Origin: Minutocellus sp. GHC0000111
Lineage: Eukaryota
NCBI GenBank assembly: GCA_977018835.1
Contig: OZ361258.1
Coordinates: 3,844,001-3,908,000, forward strand
Direction: 5' to 3'
Length of the DNA: 64,000 nucleotides
The notes under the pieces are model-generated. The model saw only the letters and a list, made by a program, of their open reading frames with translations. It was not told the DNA's origin and ran no database searches. Both the position numbers and the translations under genes were made by a program. The first letter of the stretch is position 1, and the number at the start of each line of letters is the position of its first letter. Of the stretch, positions 50,648 to 61,684 are shown piece after piece.

Positions 50648-52426
50648 ATGAAGCTCGTGGGTGCATTCGCCGCCGCTGTGCTCGCATCAGCGGCCGGGGT
50701 TGCATCGTTCTCTTCGTCGCCGACGTCGCGTTCGCCATCGGCGTTCGCTGCAACGCCTCAATCGTGCCGGCGCATTGCATCCCCACCGCATGTAGGCCTA
50801 CGAGTATCTGCAACTCAACTTGCGGCCCTGCCAGCTGCTGCATCAGCGTCGGCATCGGGCGTCGTTTCGGCCGCATCGCGTGTTCTCTTTGGTGCCAACC
50901 CAGCGGCAACCAGGCCAATCACCGTCCTCTTGCGCCTTACGGCCCTTGTCTTCACCACGCTCTTCGTGCTATCGTCACGGCTGCGTCGCAAGGTTCTGTT
51001 TCCTGGCACCGACGCCGATCCAACGCACAGCGAGCCACTTCCCGAGGGTTCGTTCGGATGTCCACTCTTTGGCAAGCCCTTCTTCCGTGGCGACAAGAAG
51101 TACGGAGCGGGAGCCTTCTATCGTGACATTGCCGCCTCATTGGGCAACCCGGGCGTTTGGAAATATTATTTCATGGGCAAACCCTTTGCGGTAGTTTCGG
51201 GAGGTGACAATCTCAAGACGGTACTGAACATGGAATTCGACACGCTGACGAGCAGCGGTGCCGAGGTGATGGAGGGAGGACTGTTGCCCATGAAGAGCAT
51301 CTTGTTCGAACCCGACAAGTCTCGTCATGCCTTCCTCCGACGTCTGGTTGGCCAGTCGTTGACGCCCGCCCGAGTTTCGGACGCCGTCCCCGTCCTTCAG
51401 GAGGCAGCCGACGTGGCAGTTGATAAGATGCTGGCTGCCCAGGATGTCAATGGCAAGGTCACTATGGAGAAGATATGCACCGACTTTACCCTCGACGTTG
51501 CATGGCGCCAGATCCTTGGACTTGAACTATCTGAGGAGGAGATACCTGAATTTGAGAAGGAGGTGGAAACCTGGTCTACTGGTATAATGTCAAAGAGGGC
51601 CCTCATGGGACTGTCTCGTTTTTCGCCTGGATATAACGCCAGGGAGAACATTATCAAGAAAATTGAAGAAAGGATTGAATCACTGGAGAAGAATGGACCA
51701 GATGCTTCGAACCTTAGTGCTATGCTGTTTGCCAAGGACGAGGAGGATCCTACCAAATCCTTGTCGAGAGAAGAGGTAATTGACAATGCACTCATTCTCA
51801 TCTTTGCCGGAAGCGAAACCAGCGCGTCTACATTGACCAATGCTATGCTCTTCTGCGGTTTGAATCAACAAACCTGGGAAAAGCTCGTGAAGGAGCAAAT
51901 GAACATGAAGGAGAAGCATGGCGACGTACTTACCAAGCAAACATTGGACGATGAATGCCCCTATCTCGACGCGGTGATCAAAGAATCACTCCGTCTGCGA
52001 GCCATATCTGGCGGCATGCCCCGAAAGGTGGCCAAAACACTGGTCATTGATGGCAAGCAGATCCCAAAGGGCTGGTTCATCGACCCGGGCCTGGGCATCA
52101 CGCACGAGAACGATCCCAAGACGAAACGAAGCGCCATATCCAATGTCGATCCAAAAGCAGGCTTTGTGCCCGAGCGTTGGCTCGATCCCAAGACAACACC
52201 AGACACCGATTTTGTGCCTTTCGGAGCTGGGCCTCGATTCTGCCTTGGATACCAACTGGCACTTTGTGAAATGAAGGTATTCCTTGCCACCATGGCGAGG
52301 AAGATTGATTACAATCTGATCAAGGACTATGACGGCGAGCAAGTTGAATGGAATCCAACCATGAGCGTCATTCCTCAACCGTCAGACGGAGTCGAGATCT
52401 CGGTTATAGAGGCCGTCCTTAGTTAG
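50648..52426 (+). CDS. Cytochrome P450 with bipartite (plastid-type) presequence
   Basis: 'PLPEGSFGCPLFG', I-helix 'FAGSETSAS', K-helix 'ESLR', 'FVPERW', heme motif 'FGAGPRFCLG'. N-terminus 'MKLVGAFAAAVLASAAGVASF'. Confidence 0.95.
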   Translation: MKLVGAFAAAVLASAAGVASFSSSPTSRSPSAFAATPQSCRRIASPPHVGLRVSATQLAALPAAASASASGVVSAASRVLFGANPAATRPITVLLRLTALVFTTLFVLSSRLRRKVLFPGTDADPTHSEPLPEGSFGCPLFGKPFFRGDKKYGAGAFYRDIAASLGNPGVWKYYFMGKPFAVVSGGDNLKTVLNMEFDTLTSSGAEVMEGGLLPMKSILFEPDKSRHAFLRRLVGQSLTPARVSDAVPVLQEAADVAVDKMLAAQDVNGKVTMEKICTDFTLDVAWRQILGLELSEEEIPEFEKEVETWSTGIMSKRALMGLSRFSPGYNARENIIKKIEERIESLEKNGPDASNLSAMLFAKDEEDPTKSLSREEVIDNALILIFAGSETSASTLTNAMLFCGLNQQTWEKLVKEQMNMKEKHGDVLTKQTLDDECPYLDAVIKESLRLRAISGGMPRKVAKTLVIDGKQIPKGWFIDPGLGITHENDPKTKRSAISNVDPKAGFVPERWLDPKTTPDTDFVPFGAGPRFCLGYQLALCEMKVFLATMARKIDYNLIKDYDGEQVEWNPTMSVIPQPSDGVEISVIEAVLS

Positions 52427-52463
52427 AGAGAGAGGCCGTCCTGAGTTAGAGAGAGATGCCGTC
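52408..52463 (+). repeat. 23-bp tandem repeat (about 2.4 copies) spanning the P450 stop codon
   Basis: AGAGGCCGTCCTTAGTTAGAGAG / AGAGGCCGTCCTGAGTTAGAGAG / AGATGCCGTC. Confidence 0.85.
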
Positions 52464-52481
52464 AATAATTAGAACCACTTG

Positions 52482-53204
52482 TTAGAGTATAGAGCAAGTA
52501 ACTTTACATGCCGATGCAATCATTGCGTTAGGATTAAATCGGTTTTCGTCATTCTTCTTTGTCCCTACCCCAGTATACTGGTTCAAGACATAGTCAAATG
52601 GACCACTTTTTCGCCAAGGGTAGTATCGAATCAGTTTCCAAACAAAATCCATTACAGATATGTCTACTGGCTTTTCGGTTGGTGCCAGGGCTTCTTCTAC
52701 AAACATTGAAACTGGTCCAGCGAAATGTCGCTGTTCATCATAAAAAAAGTCACGAAAGATCCCCACAAATCCAAGAAAGTCAACTGTGTTCATCAACGGC
52801 ACATGACAGCACCCAGCATAGTATCTGTGCATGTAAATCTGCCCCTTCTTCTTGTAATTGGAATCTGGCCGACCTTTTCGAGCCAATCAAAGATGCTCAC
52901 GTCCCTTGTAGATGTGGACCGCCGATTTGCATACCTGAACGACCCGAGAGTCGCCGCATGGCATCCCGATGGTCGTCTCAGGGCGATTTCCGAGAGAGGC
53001 AACGAAGGTGGCATAGTCTAGACAATCCTGGCAATAACAATTGATCCGAATGGAATCCTGACGAATCGCGGTGACCGTTCCTTGAATCTTTCCACATGTG
53101 CATTGCAACTTGCAGTGAATCTTCGGTGACAAGAATTGACGCCGCATGGCTCTCAGGACGAAGAGCATCACAGTCACGACGATGATGACTATAACGAGAG
53201 TCAT
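52482..53204 (-). pseudogene. DUF6151/GFA(CENP-V)-like Cys-rich protein with N-terminal TM anchor; in-frame TGA at 52889-52887
   Basis: 'LQCTCGKIQG', 'NCYCQDC', 'GREHL*LARK', 'RYYAGCCHVPLMNT'. The two ORFs abut in the same frame. Confidence 0.7.
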
Positions 53205-53548
53205 GATTTACCGATTCAATCCCAAAAATCCTCTTTGCTAGTGCTAGCCCGGAATAAGAAATTGACTGCGTAGCTACGCCGAAAGCCAGCTGACTGGGTC
53301 GCAACCACTTCTTCTGCATTGATTTCAATGGGATTTGGCTCTGCCGAAAGTCAAGCGAAGCAAGCAAGGCCGCGCGCGCGTGTGTGGCGCCAGCCAGCGA
53401 AGCGTAAAAAGCCCCCGGCGCGGCTCGGTCGCGGCGTCAGGCCGAACGCGAACCGCCGCAACTCGTACGGCTGCCTTGGTACCTAGGTACGATCCCTTGT
53501 CATCATAAACAGCTCAGTCAAATACGATCATACTACGAGCACACTAAC

Positions 53549-55312
53549 ATGGCACCTCTTCCGGAATTCCCAGATGAATCTGCGTTTCAACCAGATCTAT
53601 TCGTACCAACGAGCGTGATTCGTAGACTCCATGCTTGGCCTCGATATGGTCTGCCCAGCTCCACCTCTGCGCTTGCATCTGGCAACAGTAAACAGCAAAA
53701 GGATTATGTGCTCGGCATCATTATCGGCTCTCTCATCATTCTGGGAGTGGCGATTCTCTGGGCACTCGTCCTACTCATCCTGAAGTGCTGTGGCAGACGT
53801 GTCGGCTGCGCCTCGGGCCGTCCACATGCACCGAAGCCACCTCTTCGCCAGAATACTAACCGCCAGGAAGGATTTGAGGTGACGGAATCCACCAACAAGA
53901 TACAATTTGTCGAAGAGGAACTGGAGGACGCTGATCCCTCCAAACTCGCTTTCGATGAGGACGAACAGTATAAATCTGACCTAGAAAAATATGAACGAGA
54001 TCTCAAAAAACACAAGAGATCCTTGCTCCTCACCCGGATTGCTTTCATGTTGGCTGGTCTTACTGCAATTATTGCAAGCACTCTCTTCTTTGCAAAAGGC
54101 GCGGAGGAGTTGGTGCAGAGCCTCAACACAGTCCAGTTGAGCCTTGACCTGGCGGATATTAACCTCGACAAGGCAATCAATGTTTCGGATACATTCGTTG
54201 AAGCTCAGGAACGGGTGAACGAAGAAATGCTCATCTTCGCCGACGAGAGCAGTGAATTTTGTGACCTAAATGCCACAGATTCGCCAGCAGTTGCCGAAAT
54301 CCAGGCTGCCATTAATGACTTGGCCACTGCTAGCAAGGCCCTCACAACTGGATTCATCGATACTGCAGTGAACCTTGCAGAAGATCTGAGAGCAGCTAGA
54401 GAGCTTACATATGAGGTCAATACAAGTCTGGACAAGGTCAAGCCTTTCTTTTACATCGCGGTCGCGTTTTCAGCTGTCCTGGATGTGATCATCCTGTCAC
54501 TAATGCTCAGCGTAGCTCTTCAGTGGGCGGGCAAGAAGCCTCGAGGTTGCCAATGCCTATTACGTTGCGTTCGGAATGTCTTTATCATCCCCATCCTTTT
54601 TATATTTATGTTCCTCGCGTGGCTATTCTGCAGCGTCTTTGAAATTGCTGCAGAAGCCGGCGCAGATTTTTGTATGAGACCCGATGACTATGTCTTATCT
54701 TTTCTGGAAAAGTACGAAGAACGATTTACGTCAGGTTCCATGGTGCTTTCATTTCTCAAGTGCTATGTTTCGGCATGTAACGAGAGCTACGAGCCTATCG
54801 AGATACCGGAGATGGTTCCTGAAGGTCTTGACGCCGCAGTGAACTCCGTCCATTCGTTCCTCGAATATGGTCAATATAACAACACCTTCACCAACATATT
54901 GGACTCGATCTGCAGCAATAGCGGTGACAGAATCAATGAACTTGCATCCGTCCTTCATCAGCAGCTCCATGTTCTCGTTGGAGCTTTGGTTGGAATTGCA
55001 AATTTCTTACAGTGCTCAAGTATGAATCCCATCTACACCACGGCGATCCACAAGGCGACTTGTGTCAATGGGGTAGGTGGACTAGCGTGGCTGTTTTGGA
55101 CACAAATTACTATTGCTGTTGCTTGTATGGTGATGATAACTCTCCGAGCCGCGTGGTATGGAGTGCCGACAGAAGCGGATGACGGAAAAGAGTCATCGGA
55201 GATAGAAACGAGCGAAAAGAATGAAGAAAAAGAAGATGTCCCCGATGACCTTGGTCTCGTGGAGGATGGCACTTCAATGGATGAAGGTTTCAATGCCGAA
55301 GAAGCACATTAG
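53549..55312 (+). CDS. Tweety-like multi-pass membrane protein
   Basis: About five TM segments with large helical loops, 'KCCGRRVGCASG', 'ADFCMRPD', 'LQCSSMNPIY...TCVNG..GLAW'; intact 587-aa ORF. Confidence 0.6.
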   Translation: MAPLPEFPDESAFQPDLFVPTSVIRRLHAWPRYGLPSSTSALASGNSKQQKDYVLGIIIGSLIILGVAILWALVLLILKCCGRRVGCASGRPHAPKPPLRQNTNRQEGFEVTESTNKIQFVEEELEDADPSKLAFDEDEQYKSDLEKYERDLKKHKRSLLLTRIAFMLAGLTAIIASTLFFAKGAEELVQSLNTVQLSLDLADINLDKAINVSDTFVEAQERVNEEMLIFADESSEFCDLNATDSPAVAEIQAAINDLATASKALTTGFIDTAVNLAEDLRAARELTYEVNTSLDKVKPFFYIAVAFSAVLDVIILSLMLSVALQWAGKKPRGCQCLLRCVRNVFIIPILFIFMFLAWLFCSVFEIAAEAGADFCMRPDDYVLSFLEKYEERFTSGSMVLSFLKCYVSACNESYEPIEIPEMVPEGLDAAVNSVHSFLEYGQYNNTFTNILDSICSNSGDRINELASVLHQQLHVLVGALVGIANFLQCSSMNPIYTTAIHKATCVNGVGGLAWLFWTQITIAVACMVMITLRAAWYGVPTEADDGKESSEIETSEKNEEKEDVPDDLGLVEDGTSMDEGFNAEEAH

Positions 55313-55355
55313 TAGTCAGGCAATTATGTTCATTTATGTAAACGCTCAAAAATTA

Positions 55356-56364
55356 TTATTCTCCACTAGCGCTGCTGTATTTAGATATGAGATTTTGTTT
55401 CTCCTCTTGCACTATCCGCTGGTCTGCCCACGCATGCCCCTGTCGTCGCGCTTTGGCTCTTGCCGCTAATTCACGCATATCCTCTTCACCACACTCTTCA
55501 TACGCCTTGTAATAATGTGGATATCGACAAGGAAAATAAATTGTATAAATAGCATTCAATAAAATAACTGCACCAAGATAGAGTTCAAGTCCACCCTGGC
55601 CAATGCACAGACCTCCCATCATTACGAAGAACGCCGACCTGCCGAATGGATGATAAACAATTCCAAAGTTTTCTCGAATTGCCTCGCCCAATACCGGCAC
55701 ATGCATTTCCCAAGAGCAAAGCAGTAGAGCAAAGCCACAAAGGCAGACGCCCAATACCAGTTCCGAAAGATTCAGCATTACAACTCGACCAATCCAGAAT
55801 GGTATCTCCAACCCAAGCGCCAGCGTGCACAGTATCAAATTGATGATCCTCATCCGCAGTATCAATTCCGGTAGGGCTGTACCAGCCCCCTCGGCTGAGT
55901 TGGCCACCCGCTGGGCGTTTGGATTGAGCAGTGGATTCATGAATGTCTTGCTTCTCCGTAATCTTCTTCGGCCTGCATCGTTCTCGTTGATTCATGGCGC
56001 CGTAGCTTTCGCTCGATGCTCGTCGAGAGTTGGGCATAATGAATGCATTCTGCTTTTGATAGGATGATACCGTCGCTGTGTCTGGTGTACCTCCAAAACA
56101 TTGCTTGAAAAGGGCGGAGGACGATGTTGTTTTATTCGTTTTGCTTTCAGTATCAGCCGATTCATCTGTGCCGCCTACGCCCGGTAGCCTCCTATTCGGG
56201 ACCTTGGACGAAGGGCGGGTGACGAAGCCCGCTGGGTTTTCGCCCAGCGGAACGCCGTAGGCATCGACGACATTATCGTCGTTCTCGTCGCCTCCCATGA
56301 GGGATGGCGGCGGGGGCGGGGGAGGTGCCTCCGTCGGCATGGGAACGCCCGGTGAGCTGACCAT
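55356..56364 (-). CDS. COPI-associated/TVP15-like Golgi membrane protein; Pro-rich 5' part is out of frame near 55990
   Basis: 'LRMRIINL...FALLLCSWEM...IRENFGIVYHPFGRSAFFVMMGGL' fits the family pattern. The upstream frame from ATG 56364 looks coding. Confidence 0.65.
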
Positions 56365-56771
56365 GATGTCTTTTGTAGCGCTGTGGTGGGGCAGGGGTGG
56401 AGCTGGTTTGGCTTCGCTTCTTCGCCGGTGCCTTCCGCACGTCTTGCGTGACCGGCGCAAAGCGCCATGCCAACGCGCCAATCAAATGAACGCGCCCATG
56501 CAAGAAGCACGGCGACGCACCACATTCGAACATGTAACAAGAGCCCTTGAGCTGCCGCACAAGCCAGATATAATATCTCTAGATCTACATGTATAAAGCA
56601 AGTATTCCATGTAATTTAATGCTATATGATATGTCATGTGATAATTAGATCTCTACGAGGTGACTTTCTTTCAATACCCGACTAATGTAGCTTCTATCGT
56701 GTCCCCGTTGCAATACCCCCGCAACCACGACCATGCACCATCAATGTCTCTGCCTTTACACAGACAGAAGT

Positions 56772-58580
56772 TTATATGTCATTGATGTAGCACTTGACAC
56801 CGTGGTTCCGGTAGGGCTGGCGCAGCTTATGCAGCGCCCGGGCCTCGATCTGCCGTATCCTCTCCCGCGTTACCGAGAATCGTCGTCCGATCTCCTCCAG
56901 AGTCCTGGCCTTGCCATCGTCCAGACCGAACCGCATCCGAATGACCGCCTGCTCCCGCGAGTTGAGGGTGCAGATCAGCCTCTTGAGATCGTCCTGGAGC
57001 ATGCCGTACTCGGCCATGGCATTGGGATTCTGCTTGGCATCGCTAATGGTGTCCGAGAGGGTAAAGTCCCTGGCCCCGGCACTCTGCTTGCCGCCGCCGG
57101 TACCGGCCGCGGATCCCTTGGTCTTGCCCCCCTGGATGGAGGTCTCCATCGACACGTCCCGGCGCGACACCTTCTTCAGGAACTCAATCTTGTCGGCCTT
57201 GATGTTGACCCGCTCGGCCACCTCCTCGTTGGACGGGTCCCGGCCGAGCTCGTTCTTCAAGTCGCTCTCGGCCCTGCGGAGGGCGTTGAGCTGATCGTGG
57301 ATGTGGACGGGAAGGCGGATGGTCCGGCCCTGGTCGGCAATGGCGCGCATGATGGACTGCTTGATCCACCACGTGGCGTAGGTGGAGAAGCGGAAGCCGC
57401 GCTCGGGGTCGAACTTCTCGCATGCCCGGGTGAGGCCGAGGGTGCCCTCCTGGCACAGGTCCTGGAAGTTGAGGCCGCGGTTCTGGTACCGCTTGGCGAT
57501 GCTAATGACGAGGCGGAGGTTGGATTCCGTGAGGGCCGCCTTGGCGCGGAGGGAGCGGCGGATCTGCTTCTTGAGCTGCGGCACGGACATCCCCTCCTGA
57601 ATTTCGTTGGCCCACTCGGCATAGGTCGGTGGTCTGAGGCGAGGAAGGGGTGGAGTATGGGGTGTGGAGGGAAAGGTGAGTATAACTCAACATGAAAAGG
57701 GAAATGGTCCAAACTCCAATGGCATAACAGACAGCACAAATATTAGCACTCACCTGGCCAACTTGGCCTCGAGGTCGACCCGGGTCTCCTCCCACCCAAT
57801 CAAGATCTGAATCTCCCTGGCCAGAATGATCTCCTCGTTCTTGTTCAGCAGGTCGTGGTTGCCCATGCTCTTGAGGTAGTGCTTCATGGAATCCTGTCCC
57901 GTCTCGCGGATGGTGGCCGTGACTTTCTTCTTCTTCTTGGGCGCCTCCTCGCTGTCGGAGGCAGCGGCGGCCGTGACGGCAGAGGCGGGAACGTCGTCGT
58001 CGGCCGCCAGCGCCGCCTGGGTCACCGCATCCTTCATCTGGTGGGTGGTCGGCTTGGACGATTTGGGCTTGGACAGCATGACCCTCTTGCCATCGTTGCT
58101 TGTCGGCAGTTCGAGGCTGAGGAGGTCGGGCATGTCGGTGAGGTTGACGACCGCGCCGGGGGGCGCGTCCTCGGCGTCGCGGCCGTTCCGCTGGCGCTGG
58201 GCGGAGGCCCGCATGAGGTCGTCGAACATGGTGTTCTCGTGGTTGCCCTCCCCGCCGTCCTCGGCGATGCCCTCGACCTGCAGGGATTTGTTGCTGGAAA
58301 GGGAACCGGCACCGGCAGCGGCGGCAGCGCCATGGGCAATGCCGGGCAGATTCAAATTCATCTCAAAGTCCATGGTGGTGGAGTCCGACAGGACCGTGCC
58401 GCGAGTCGTCTGCTGCTGTCGGCTGCAGGGATGACGACGGGACAGGCCAAGACCGCCAATACCAAAGGTCGAGCGGGGGGAACTCCGCATGAGGGGCTGC
58501 GAAACGTACGCAGCGTTCAGAGGCAGGGTCGCCGCGGCTGCAATCGTCATAATCAATGTCAGTGATACCATCGGAATCAT
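56772..58580 (-). CDS. Nucleus-encoded plastid RNA polymerase sigma-70 factor; exons 58580-57754 and 57633-56772
   Basis: Region 1.2 '[16 protein letters not shown]', region 2 '[16 protein letters not shown]...[30 protein letters not shown]', region 4 '[22 protein letters not shown]'. Spliced '[10 protein letters not shown]'; signal peptide present. Confidence 0.95.
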
Positions 58581-59625
58581 TCGTCCGTCGCATTCAATAA
58601 ATAGGCAAATCCAACGAGAAGCGGCAGGAGCCAATCAATGCCAATGCAATAACCGCGAGCGCGAGGTCCAAGTGTGTGTTTTTTCGTCGTTTGCAAAAAG
58701 CCAGCCAAAATCAATAATCGTTCAGAAGAAGATAGCACCAACCAAAACCGACAGGAATGCAGAGTAAAAGGTGAATTGGAAATTTGCGTGAGCGAAATGA
58801 CTTATGGAGCCGAGCATGCAGTTGCATGCAAATGAAATTGATGGCCGCCACGCGAGAGATAAAAACAACGCGCAGGTTGACGCGAAATTGATATTTCGCG
58901 TAGAATTACTACCGGAGGCACGGACACTACCGACGGAAATTGGAGCAGCCACCCAGTCAGTCTCTCTCGTTTTTGCGAGCCAAGTCGACAAGTCCGTCCG
59001 ACTGCCGTGGAATGCCCCCAAGCACCATGTTCCATCTTCGCCGCCCCGCTGGTTCAATCCACCACCGAAAAGAGCCACTGCTGACTACTTACCAACAAGG
59101 AGGGCCGACGAGGCGGCCGCCATGCTGCTGCGCCGCCTGCGATGTCCGCACGAGCTTGCTGCGTTGGAAGCTATCGATGATGGGCGACTGCTGCTGCTGC
59201 CACCGCAGCTCGCAGAAGGAGACACCGGCTGGGACTGGTGGTCCATGTCGGTCAAGAGGCTGGGGTGCATGGTATCGTTGGGGTTATTGTTGTAAATATG
59301 GGTGGATTGGAACGCCTTTCTCACTACTACCGAAAGCGTTCGTTGGGCTTCGTGTTGTGTTGTGTTTTGATGGTCGATGGCTGATGGCTGTCCTTCGTGC
59401 GTGTGTCATTCAGCGTCCTCTCGCCAACTCAGCGGACTCACTCTGTCGAATGAGTCGAGTGTATGTGCCGAAAAGCCGAAAATGCATCCCGTCTGGCCGC
59501 CGCCGCCCGTAAGATCTTCTGCCGCCGCATTTTCGCGAAACGAAGCCACCTCTCGCTCGCCTGCTTCCTCACAGTTTTGCCCAAGAGCGCAAGACCAATA
59601 CAAACCCCAAAGTCCACCAGCAGCC

Positions 59626-61479
59626 ATGATCGTCGGCAGCAAGGCCCTCACCGCTCTGTTCCTCCTCGCCGCTTCGGCGTCGACCTCCCAGGCCTTTGTC
59701 CCCAGCGCGTCGGCATCGACGTCAACGTCGGCTGCATCTGCGTCCGCCATTCGCCAAACCCAGCTCTTCTCCACCATCGAAAAGGTCAAGGTGACGCCCC
59801 CTCCGGAGGTTACCGGCGACAATGCGGCCGGCCTGTTCGAGGCGCACGTCCAAAAGACTTACGGGTGAGAGATAGATAATCGACGCGTCGGCTAAATGTT
59901 GCTTGAATCCTCTTGGCTCGGCTTGGCTCGCATGGGGTACACGGGATGGAAAGTGCAAAATGCGGCCCGCATCATGGGGGCTGCACTTGCACGACCCTAC
60001 ACTACTCCCACAGAAGTAGGATGGTTTGATGTGCAAAAGTCGAGGACATGGTATACCAACTGCCATTGCTGACACTCTTTGCTGGCTCTTGCTTGGATGA
60101 ATTGGACACAAACAATTCTAGCTAGCACATCTTGTGTGTGATGTGATCAATTACGCAATCGTTGGATTCTCATGATGATTTTTTCTTCAATATATCTTTT
60201 CTCACATACATGAAATTGCAATTGCATTTGCAACTGCATTTGGCATTTCCGCAATCAATTTCCATACACTTCTCCATGGCGCAGTCGTTATCCCATCACC
60301 CTGGTCTCCGGCAAGGGATGCAACGTCTATGGATCCGACGGCAAGGAATACTTGGACTTTGTCTCGGGAATTGCCACCTGCGCCCTCGGCCACAACAACC
60401 CCGAGCTGACCGCCGCCGTTTCCTCCCAGATGGAACAATTCCATCACATATCCAACCTCTACTTTAACACCCAGCAGGCCCAGCTCGCCACCTGGCTCAC
60501 CGACAACTCCTGCGCCGACAAGGTCTTCTTCTGCAACAGCGGCGCCGAGGCCAACGAGGGTGCCATCAAGCTGGCACGGAAGCACGCAAACGATCGCGGC
60601 ATCGACTGTCCCGTCATCATTACGGCCATCCAATCTTTTCATGGCCGGACCCTGTCGGCCCTGACGGCCACCGGCCAGCCCAAGTACCACGCCGGGTTCA
60701 CGTACGGCGGAGAGATGGTCCCCGGATTCGAGTACGTCCCGTACAACGACATTGAGGCCCTCAAGGCCAAGGTGGAGGAGATCAACACCACCCCAGATGC
60801 CCAGGGACGGAAGCGCGGCCTTGCCGCCATCATGATGGAACCCCTCCAGGGGGAGGGTGGCATCATCCCGGGCAACCCCGAGTTCTTCCAGACGGCGCGG
60901 AAGCTGGCCGACGATTCGGGCGCCCTTCTCATGTGCGACGAGGTGCAGATTGGTATGGGACGGAGCGGACATCTTTGGGGCCATCAGAAGCTGGGCGTCG
61001 AGCCCGACGTCTTCACCTCGGCCAAGGCTCTGGGCGGTGGCGTTCCCATCGGTGCCATGATGGCGCGCGGTGCCGCCGCCGATGTGCTGACTCCTGGCAC
61101 GCATGCGTCTACATACGGTGGCAACCCCCTGGCGTGTGCGGCCGGTGTCGCCGTTGCCAAGTACATGGCCGAGAACGATCTTTTGGGGAACGTGGATGCC
61201 CGTGGCGAGCAGCTCGCAGCTGGTCTGGCCAAGATTGCTGAGAAGTACCCCAATATCCTCGGCGAGGTTCGTGGCTGGGGTCTCCTTCGTGGAGTTGTCG
61301 TCAAGGACGATGCTGGATGTACCGCCGGTGAGCTTGTTGGAGATGTCATGAAGGAGGGACTGTTGCTTGTCCCTGCTGGTCCCAGTGTCGTCCGATTTGT
61401 CCCTCCTCTTATTGTGAACGAAGCACAAATCGACCAGGCTCTTGAAATGTTCGAAGAGGCTGTTGCCAAGAGGGCATAG
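59626..61479 (+). CDS. argD: Acetylornithine aminotransferase, plastid-targeted; exons 59626-59864 and 60285-61479
   Basis: Presequence 'SQAFVP'. Spliced 'TYG|RYP', then 'YLDFVSGIA..ALGH', 'FFCNSGAEANEGAIKLARK', 'SFHGRT', 'DEVQ.G.GRSG' and PLP Lys in 'TSAKALGGG'. Confidence 0.96.
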
Positions 61480-61684
61480 ATAGTCAATTCATGCTATGGT
61501 CTCTTTTTCGTGGGGAGAAATTCTTAGATCCGTCTTACCATGAGTGGGCTTAGGCCTGGCAAAAGGTCACTCGGCGGTGACCTACCTGTTCAGCGACAAG
61601 TCTGGACCTAATTTTTGTATTAATGCATACAGTTGCTTAGATATTTCATGCATTTCTTTTATTATTGTTTGCTGGCAACAACAT

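Noticed and set aside
56772..61479. Bacterial origin or contamination suggested by sigma-70, argD and phoX
   Set aside because: These genes have spliceosomal GT-AG introns and eukaryotic targeting presequences.
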